Source of the DNA: an uncultured Luteolibacter sp. | GTDB taxonomy: Bacteria > Verrucomicrobiota > Verrucomicrobiia > Verrucomicrobiales > Akkermansiaceae | Direction of reading: 5' to 3' | Assembly: GCA_964554865.1 (NCBI GenBank) | Contig: CAZKQK010000003.1 | Span: 22,931 to 86,930, forward strand | DNA: 64,000 nucleotides | Position numbers and translations under genes: made by a program | Shown here: positions 57,211-64,000 of the stretch, one piece after another | Layout of the letters: each line of letters begins with the position of its first letter | Position numbering within the stretch: the first letter of the stretch is position 1 | Notes under the pieces: model-generated | What the model was told of the DNA's origin: nothing | What the model saw: the letters and a program-made list of their open reading frames with translations, nothing else | The model's database searches: none

Positions 57211-59805
57211 ATGAAACCACTGCGCATCTTGTTTTCATTCCTGCCGCTTCTTTCCGCCCTTGCGCCGGGTGAGACTGACACGGCCCAAGACTCGCCACGC
57301 CGCCTTCCCGCCGTCCGGCAGAAGCCGCTACCACCCGAAATCCAGGCATTGGTTGAGCGGCTCGGCCGCTATCCGCCACATGATTTCAACCGTGATGGCT
57401 GGGAGGATCTTTGGCAAAGCGTCTACGGATTCTCCCGCGACGGCCGGAATTTCACCGACCATCTGCAACGCGATCCCGAGGGTGACGCGGATGGTGACGG
57501 CGTTTCCAACTACGAGGAAATGTTGGATTTCCGGAATCCGTGGGCAGCGGATTTGCCGGCTCGGCAGTTGACTCCCGAAGAGGCGAAGGCCGCCCGTGCC
57601 ACCGCCGCCAGGGCGGTCCGGGAAAATGACAGGAAGAAACTCGCCCGCTTTCATGCCCTGCTGGAAGATCGCGCCGCGCTCGTGCGTCCCGCCACTGAGG
57701 ATAAGGAAAAAGACCGGCAGCCCCAAATGGAAGAGACACCGGAGGAATCCGCGGAAGGGACATCGTTTTACTTCGGGGATGAAATGGAATGGGATGGGGG
57801 ACTCATGTTGTGCAGTACCGGCGGACCCCGGATCATCGCCACTGAACGCCTTTCCAACGGGCAGTATTTGCTCGCCTGGGAAGGGAATCCGGAAAAGCTG
57901 TATGACATCGAATGGTCGGACGATCTGGTCAGTTGGTCCGGCGGCGGAATGGGGCTCCCAACCCTTGCCGGGACCGGCACATGGGGGCAGACATCGTTTT
58001 TCAAGAAGCGCTTTTTCAGGGTAATCGAGGATATTAACTCTTCCACCGTGCCCAGTGATCCCCTCGGAGGCAATGGAGCCAGCACGTATGGGGGCAGTGT
58101 TTTGATCGATCCGACGGGTACCCTCGCCACCGTTACGGTCAACCTGCCGGCCTATCATCACCCCATCGTCTCACTGCATGTGGATGGCGACTTTTACAGC
58201 TTCTGTGACAGGCAAAGCGACGGGACATACACCTGCGCCATCAATCGGGAGCGTCTCACCACCGGTCTGCACAGCACTCACGCCGTCATCCAGTGCCATG
58301 TCTCCACCACGGAAAGCCCGGAAAATCCCCAGGGGCCCTCCTCTGTCACGGTGCGCAGCGCCGAGGTTCCCTTCGAAAACACCTGGCACGGACTTACCGG
58401 GGTGGGGGCCACCGAACGGGAGATCCGCACCGGTGAGGACGGCTCGCCCCAGTCCACCCTATTCCACGTGGAGTATCCGGCTTTCCATAACTATGACGGG
58501 CCGGCGGAGGAGGTTAACTACGCGCTCCGCATCGATAACGACAGTGGCGAGGATGTCTGGTTCGTCGAAGGCAGCGTGCCAGGGCCGGGGCCCGGACAAC
58601 TGATTGTCGAGTGGGATGGCACGGATATGAGCGGAGCCACACTGCCGGACGGAATATATACCGCCCAATTCTTTGTGGGAGACCACTACTACGGAGCATC
58701 CGGAGACATTTACCATGCGGAGCCGATGCTCATACGGAACGGTCCCGCCGAATTCCGCCTGCTCGCCTTGGGGGAAGCGATGCCTCCTCCGCCCGCCGGC
58801 GGATGGACTGCGGCGCGGGTGGCGGCCTACCGTCCCGAGTGGTGGAACCAGAAGGGAACATCCGCCGGGGCTGTCAATACCCCCACCGCCTGGGGGCCTT
58901 GGGCCGCGCTGGGGAGCGGCCCCACCGCGCTGGTGGGTGGCTTGCAGACCTACATGGACCCGGCAGGCGCCAGGAGATACGAGAGACAGGCCGGTGGCGG
59001 GCAAACCGAGCAGCAGATCAAGAAGCAGGTGGTCACGCGGGCGGCGAATTGCAGCGTCCGCTCGTGGGTTTCCAACGGGCGCTTCAATGACGCGCGCCCC
59101 TGGGCCGGCGCCAACACAACTCCGGCCAGCGCCTTTGTCACAGGCAATCCGTTCAATACCTACGATGCCGGCTTCCTGATCGGTCACGGAGTGGCCAGCT
59201 CCGCCAGCAGCTACGAAGACGCCGCGCAGCAAACCATCAATCTGCCGTCCCAGCACTACTTCCCATTCATCGGTAACCCGGCAACAGGCGATGCCGTCTG
59301 GATCAAGAGCGGCCAGATGGCCGAAAAATTCGGTGCGGCAGGCTCAAAGCTCCGCTGGATGTTCGTGGTCACCTGCAATTACCTGCGCGTGGGAGCGCAC
59401 AACCCGGCGGCAAACCATGACATCTGGACCGACATGAAGACCAATAAAACCCTGCCCATCGGACCCGCCCTGCGCGTGCTCTGCTCATACACCACTTCTG
59501 TGGATGTCACCGGCAAATTGGGCCACGCCTTCGCCAAGGGGGCGATGGGGTATGAGCCGGATGATGAAAACATGAACGTGGTGGATGCATGGAACTACGC
59601 ATGGGCGAATTCGGAGAACAGCAGCGACAAGTCCTATACCAATCCCGGCGAATCAAAGCAAGTTCGCAACGCCCGTTCCGTGTATTGGCCGGGATGCGAT
59701 GATGATATTATCTCCGCGAAAACCAAAGTGCCTGCTAGCCCGCCTGCGGGCCCGCTCGATCAAGATGATTTACAGGCGACCGACTCCAAATATCCGAATC
59801 CATGA
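57211..59805 (+). CDS. Secreted modular protein: Ca-binding DxD repeats, FlgD-like Ig domain, C-terminal DUF6345-like (caspase/CHAT-fold) His-Cys domain
   Basis: Signal peptide MKPLRILFSFLPLLSALA; DFNRDGWED and DADGDGVSNYEE; WDGTDMSG..LPDG.YT; LIGHG...KFG...KLRWMFVVTC...AW; ORF is open from 57127. Confidence 0.65.
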   Translation: MKPLRILFSFLPLLSALAPGETDTAQDSPRRLPAVRQKPLPPEIQALVERLGRYPPHDFNRDGWEDLWQSVYGFSRDGRNFTDHLQRDPEGDADGDGVSNYEEMLDFRNPWAADLPARQLTPEEAKAARATAARAVRENDRKKLARFHALLEDRAALVRPATEDKEKDRQPQMEETPEESAEGTSFYFGDEMEWDGGLMLCSTGGPRIIATERLSNGQYLLAWEGNPEKLYDIEWSDDLVSWSGGGMGLPTLAGTGTWGQTSFFKKRFFRVIEDINSSTVPSDPLGGNGASTYGGSVLIDPTGTLATVTVNLPAYHHPIVSLHVDGDFYSFCDRQSDGTYTCAINRERLTTGLHSTHAVIQCHVSTTESPENPQGPSSVTVRSAEVPFENTWHGLTGVGATEREIRTGEDGSPQSTLFHVEYPAFHNYDGPAEEVNYALRIDNDSGEDVWFVEGSVPGPGPGQLIVEWDGTDMSGATLPDGIYTAQFFVGDHYYGASGDIYHAEPMLIRNGPAEFRLLALGEAMPPPPAGGWTAARVAAYRPEWWNQKGTSAGAVNTPTAWGPWAALGSGPTALVGGLQTYMDPAGARRYERQAGGGQTEQQIKKQVVTRAANCSVRSWVSNGRFNDARPWAGANTTPASAFVTGNPFNTYDAGFLIGHGVASSASSYEDAAQQTINLPSQHYFPFIGNPATGDAVWIKSGQMAEKFGAAGSKLRWMFVVTCNYLRVGAHNPAANHDIWTDMKTNKTLPIGPALRVLCSYTTSVDVTGKLGHAFAKGAMGYEPDDENMNVVDAWNYAWANSENSSDKSYTNPGESKQVRNARSVYWPGCDDDIISAKTKVPASPPAGPLDQDDLQATDSKYPNP

Positions 59806-60947
59806 AATCTCCATTAACTAGGCCGTTTCTATGGATGTCTGTTCGGTCCTTGGTCGTCACCGTCTTTTCGATGGCGAGTGAAATTATTATTGCAAGTGAA
59901 AACAAGCTTCCAGAAATAGAGTTGGTTCCAGAGACGATACTTATGGGCCGCAGCCGCGGAGCGTTCAAGGAAATCACATGGAGTGCGGACAGCCCATGGT
60001 TCTCCAAGCCCGCCCCCGTGTGCAAGGTGGTGGAGGGGAAGTGGGATTTCGCCAAGCTGCGGAAAGCGGCTGAGGAGATGAATATGGTGAAAGTGTATGG
60101 CGGTGGGCCGCGGGATCCGTTCCGTTACAAACTTCCGACCTCGGACCCGTTCACGAAGACCGCATCAGGAGAACCTAGAATCGGGAAATTTTCATTCCGA
60201 ATCGCACGGTATAGGGGCTACAATCGGGATGAACATCTCCATCCGATTGTCGAACCGTTGCCCAAGCGTGACGAGTGCGTTGTCATCGCCCGCGAGTGGA
60301 TGGCCAAACTCGGGATCGACGAGAATGCTCTGGACCGCACAGACAAAGGCCCCGGTGGTTTAAACCTGACATACCGAGTGGACTTGATTCTTGCAAATCA
60401 TCCGGATACACGTGAACCGGTGGAATATGAGTATGGAGCCACTCTCATTTTCGCCCAACAGATAGGAGGGCTGCCGGTGCTTTGGCATGGCTTCGGCGGT
60501 GCTGTGACCTGTGAGATTGGCGATGGTGGGGAATTTTGCTCTCTCTACGGTACCTTGAGCGCTTGGGAAAAGATAGGAGATTATCCGGTGCTCAACCGTG
60601 AGGAAATCACCCAAGCTTTGCATGATCGTTTCTTTTGGGTTACGGCGGCTTTCCAATGCGAGAAAGTGGAGATCACCGACGTGCATTTGGAGGCTTACCA
60701 TGTGAGGGATGATGAAACCCAAAAACACTTTCCTTTAATTTACACCCTGTCCTGCAAGCTCCACGGCGGACCGGACAACGGATACACGGTGGGAATCCGC
60801 ATCCCCGCACTCAGGCAGCACCGTGACAAGTACGGTCCGCCGCCGCCGCCCTGGACGGGAGGCGCGGTATCCATCGAGACCAAACCGGCGGCGGTGTTGG
60901 CGGAGGAACCCGCCGTGCCAGAGCGGGAAGTCCCGGTCGGAAAATAA
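59802..60947 (+). CDS. Exported protein of unknown function, paralogue 1
   Basis: Hydrophobic N-terminus; ATGA overlap with the upstream stop; alignable end to end with the next gene. Confidence 0.8.
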   Translation: MKSPLTRPFLWMSVRSLVVTVFSMASEIIIASENKLPEIELVPETILMGRSRGAFKEITWSADSPWFSKPAPVCKVVEGKWDFAKLRKAAEEMNMVKVYGGGPRDPFRYKLPTSDPFTKTASGEPRIGKFSFRIARYRGYNRDEHLHPIVEPLPKRDECVVIAREWMAKLGIDENALDRTDKGPGGLNLTYRVDLILANHPDTREPVEYEYGATLIFAQQIGGLPVLWHGFGGAVTCEIGDGGEFCSLYGTLSAWEKIGDYPVLNREEITQALHDRFFWVTAAFQCEKVEITDVHLEAYHVRDDETQKHFPLIYTLSCKLHGGPDNGYTVGIRIPALRQHRDKYGPPPPPWTGGAVSIETKPAAVLAEEPAVPEREVPVGK

Positions 60948-62077
60948 GCCTCCCACCCCTCCCTCACCCATCAAATCCCCCCGGCCAAACACAATGCGCC
61001 CACACCTCCTATCCATCCTCACGGTCAGCATCTCCGTGCTTGCGCCTGCCGCCGGGGAACTTCCGGAGGTAGAGTTGGTGCCGGAGACGATCCTGCTGGG
61101 CCGGGCACGCGGAGCGTTCAAGGAACTCCAGTGGAGCGCGGACAGCCCATGGTTCTCCAAGCCCGCCCCCGTGTGCAAGGTGGTGGAGGGGAAGTGGGAC
61201 GCCTCCAAGCTCAGGAAAGTGGCCGAGGAGCACGGCATGGAAATCGTCTATTCCGGCGGCCCCTTGGATCCTGTGCGCTACAAACTCAAGGTTTCCGACT
61301 TGTTCACGAAAACCGCATCGGCAGAACCCAGAATCGGGAAGTTTTCAATTCGGTTGGGCAAGTTCAGCCACACGGAGGAGGATGAACATTTTCATCCGAT
61401 CGTGAAACCGCTTCCGAGCCGCGAGGAAAGCGTGGCCATCGCCCGCGAGTGGATGGCAAAAATCGGGATTGAGGAGGAGATGCTGGATCGCACCGGCAGT
61501 GGTCCAGATGGGTTCGACCTGACCTACCGGCTAAGTGTTATCAGTGGAAATCACCCGATCACACGTGAGCCGGTGAAATATGAAACTGGCGCAACGCTCA
61601 CGTTTGCCCAGCGGATCGGAGGCTTGCCGGTCCTCTGGCATGGCTTTGGTGGCGCGGTAAACTGCGAAATTGCCGACGGCGGGGAATTTTGCGCCCTCTA
61701 CGGCACCATGACTCCTTGGGAGAAAATGGGAGACTATCCGGTGCTGACTCGGGAGGAAATCACCCAAGCGCTTAACGAGCGGTTTTTCTGGGTACAGGCC
61801 CCATTTATGTGTGAGCGCTTGGAAATCATAAAGGTATTTTTAACGGCCTACCATGTTCGGGATTTTGAGACGCAGAAACATTTTCCGCTTATCTATGCCC
61901 TGCTTTGCAAGCTCCACGGAGGGCCGGATGATGGGTATAATCTGGAAATCCGCATCCCCGCGCTCAAACAGCACCGGGACAAGTACGGCCCGCCGCCGCC
62001 GCCCTGGACGGGAGGCGCGGTATCCATCGAGACCAAACCGGCGGCGGTGTTGGCGGAGGAACCCGCCGTGCCAGAGC
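59985..62077 (+). repeat. Two perfect repeat pairs shared by the tandem paralogues (62 bp and 88 bp, both offset 1153)
   Basis: 59985-60046 = 61138-61199; 60837-60924 = 61990-62077. Confidence 0.9.
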
Positions 62078-62109
62078 AGGAAGCCACGGTCGCGGAAGAA
62101 GCATTCTGA
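60994..62109 (+). CDS. Exported protein of unknown function, paralogue 2
   Basis: Signal peptide MRPHLLSILTVSISVLAPAA; paralogue of 59802-60947. Confidence 0.8.
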   Translation: MRPHLLSILTVSISVLAPAAGELPEVELVPETILLGRARGAFKELQWSADSPWFSKPAPVCKVVEGKWDASKLRKVAEEHGMEIVYSGGPLDPVRYKLKVSDLFTKTASAEPRIGKFSIRLGKFSHTEEDEHFHPIVKPLPSREESVAIAREWMAKIGIEEEMLDRTGSGPDGFDLTYRLSVISGNHPITREPVKYETGATLTFAQRIGGLPVLWHGFGGAVNCEIADGGEFCALYGTMTPWEKMGDYPVLTREEITQALNERFFWVQAPFMCERLEIIKVFLTAYHVRDFETQKHFPLIYALLCKLHGGPDDGYNLEIRIPALKQHRDKYGPPPPPWTGGAVSIETKPAAVLAEEPAVPEQEATVAEEAF

Positions 62110-62118
62110 ATCCCGCGG

Positions 62119-62724
62119 TTATGGAATGTTTCCGGCCTCTGACGCGGGTTTCGCGGCGATCAGCAGGAAGGGTGCGGGTCTGCGCGTTCCGGACATCGCA
62201 TACTTCGCCACGCGCCAGCCGTCCGCCGTCCAATTTGTCAGAAGCGCCCCGGCAGCTTCCGCCTCGTTGTTTCCGCCGGGGTGTCCGGGGTAGCAAACGA
62301 CCGAAAGCACCCCGCCGGGCCTGAGTGAGGACGCGGCGGCTACGAGGGCGGCGGAGGTTTCCTCCGGGGAGGTGGCCAGCGCGTGATCGCCGCCGGGGAG
62401 GTAGCCGAGATTGAACATCACCACCGCGGCCGATTCCGCGGCGACGTGCCCACGCATGCGGGCGTGGGAAAGCGTGTGGAAAACAACCCGCCCGGCGAAG
62501 CCCGCGGCTCCGACCCGTGATCGCGCGGACTCGATGGCCTCGGGCTGGATGTCGAATGCGATCACCTTGCCGCCCGGTCCCACGCATTGCGCGAGGAAGG
62601 CGGTGTCGTGACCGTTTCCCGCCGTGGCGTCGATGGCGAGATCCCCCTCGCGGATGGCTTCGCGGAGGATCATCCATGCCAGGCGCGTGGGACGCGGGGG
62701 AAACTGCGGCGCTTCGTCGTTCAC
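62119..62724 (-). CDS. SAM-dependent methyltransferase, YtqB/MnmM-like (rRNA_methylase family)
   Basis: AIDATAGNGHDT.FLA, FDIQ.EAI, VMFNLGYLPGGD...T, VCYPGH.GG..E. Confidence 0.85.
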   Translation of the reverse strand: MNDEAPQFPPRPTRLAWMILREAIREGDLAIDATAGNGHDTAFLAQCVGPGGKVIAFDIQPEAIESARSRVGAAGFAGRVVFHTLSHARMRGHVAAESAAVVMFNLGYLPGGDHALATSPEETSAALVAAASSLRPGGVLSVVCYPGHPGGNNEAEAAGALLTNWTADGWRVAKYAMSGTRRPAPFLLIAAKPASEAGNIP

Positions 62725-63725
62725 GGTTGCTGTTTTGCTAGAAAAACCCGGATGTCCATGGCGGATTCCGCCGTTTGTCCTTCGATGAGCCACGCCGCGA
62801 GGCGATCAGCCATGCCGGGCGCGTAGAGCGAGCCCTTGGAGCCCAGGCCGTTGAAAACCCACGCGCCGCATGGCAACGGGCCGATCAGCGGCTCGCTGCG
62901 GCGCAGGATCGGGCGCACGCCGGCTTCGTGCGCGGTGACGGTGAAATCCGCTCCGCCGAGCCTGCGGATGATGGTTTCCACCTTGTTGCGGCCTTCCTCA
63001 GTGGGGCGGTTGTCGAGGTTTTCCCATTCGTAGGTGGCGCCTGCCTTGAAGTGTCCGCCGCCGATGGGAACCAGCCAGCCACCGCCGCCGATGCGGATGC
63101 TTGACGTGTCCCAGCCTTCCGCGGCGATGGTCAGGATCTCGCCCTTGGCGCAGCGGTGTGGTCCGCAACGACCTGTTAGAAGGCCGGCCGCGCCATCGCA
63201 GAGGATGGCCCGGTCATTGAGGGCGTCCGCCCCGACGTCACCCTTCCGATAGATGCCGCGCTCCGTAAAAAAGGCGCGCGAGCCGTCGAGAAACGCGCGG
63301 GTGTCCAGCCGTCCGCCGCCGCGCAACATGAGCGCGCCGTGCCAGCCGGGCGCATCCACCGGTTTCCGGCCATCGGCCAGCCATGCGGCGATGTCCGGGC
63401 GGCGGGATTTATCGAGCATCTTGGCCCATTCGTCGGCGTTGGATGCCAGACGCAGGACCGGCAGGGGATGCCAGAAACGGGAGCCGAGAGTGGCTTCGAT
63501 TTTCTGATAGAACGCCACGGCTTCCGGCAGAAACGTGTCGATCCGCGCGCTGGGCTCGAAGTTTTTCCCGGTGACCGGATTGACCAGACCGGCCGCCACG
63601 CGGGAGGAGCCGCCCGTTTCCCGGTCAACGATATGGAATGCCTCCCCGCGCTGCCAAAGCCGCCATGCGAGGCAGGTGCCGGCGAGGCCCTGGCCGATGA
63701 TCATCCATGGAGGCGCGGCGCTCAC
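62721..63725 (-). CDS. FAD-dependent oxidoreductase (DAO family, MnmC oxidase-domain-like)
   Basis: IIGQGLAGT, SSRVAAG.VNP, AKGEIL, GATYE, AGVRP, NGLGSKG; GTGA overlaps at both ends. Confidence 0.8.
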   Translation of the reverse strand: MSAAPPWMIIGQGLAGTCLAWRLWQRGEAFHIVDRETGGSSRVAAGLVNPVTGKNFEPSARIDTFLPEAVAFYQKIEATLGSRFWHPLPVLRLASNADEWAKMLDKSRRPDIAAWLADGRKPVDAPGWHGALMLRGGGRLDTRAFLDGSRAFFTERGIYRKGDVGADALNDRAILCDGAAGLLTGRCGPHRCAKGEILTIAAEGWDTSSIRIGGGGWLVPIGGGHFKAGATYEWENLDNRPTEEGRNKVETIIRRLGGADFTVTAHEAGVRPILRRSEPLIGPLPCGAWVFNGLGSKGSLYAPGMADRLAAWLIEGQTAESAMDIRVFLAKQQP

Positions 63726-63997
63726 GGCTTGGGCATGAGCGCCTCGTTGGGATCCTGCCATGCGGGGTCGTGGCCCTTGGCGTAGTTGAACAGATGGCGG
63801 TGCGGGTAGGGCGCGAATTCACCGCGCCGCTCTTTCTCCAGGCGCGGCGGGATGGCGTCGTTGAGGGCGCGGGCGACCTTCTGCATCATGTGCAAGGTGA
63901 GCTGGCGGCCCTTGCGCGCCTTTTGCACCTGTTTGTGGTTGAGTTGCTCCGCGGAGGCCTCGACCAGTTGGTGGTTGGAAAATCCCCAGCGGTCCAT
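63722..63997 (-). CDS. Hypothetical protein, possibly 5'-truncated by window edge
   Basis: Stop overlaps the oxidoreductase start; no motif recognised. Confidence 0.55.
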   Translation of the reverse strand: MDRWGFSNHQLVEASAEQLNHKQVQKARKGRQLTLHMMQKVARALNDAIPPRLEKERRGEFAPYPHRHLFNYAKGHDPAWQDPNEALMPKP

Positions 63998-64000
63998 CAG

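Overview
The left 29.6 kb is the right-hand part of a temperate podovirus-type prophage with a T7/BPP-1-like structural module. It runs from accessory genes through a replication initiator with iterons, a DnaC-like loader, terminases, portal, scaffold, capsid, tail tube, ejection proteins, tail fibre and lysis genes to an integrase, and ends at a displaced 3' fragment of a tRNA (most likely Asn) at 29583-29615. Immediately after it lies a second, minimal 3565-bp integrated element (29592-33183) bounded by a 27-bp direct repeat of the same tRNA 3' end. It encodes only a tyrosine integrase, an excisionase-like HTH protein and an HUH rolling-circle Rep. Its att core lies inside the integrase gene: circularisation would swap a 2-residue tail for an in-frame 53-residue tail and place rep directly behind int. 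The rest (33.5-64 kb) is high-GC host chromosome, probably Verrucomicrobia (inferred from gene style only): ychF, ruvB, Fur, LysR/pirin/YceI, ribE, miaA, a toxin-antitoxin pair, ffh, an MlaA-hydrolase fusion, ybeY, kdsB and pyrG. It also holds a secreted DUF6345-like His/Cys protein followed by two tandem paralogues with identical end blocks, and an FAD-oxidoreductase/MnmM-like methyltransferase pair. All calls come from reading motifs by eye; no database searches were run.
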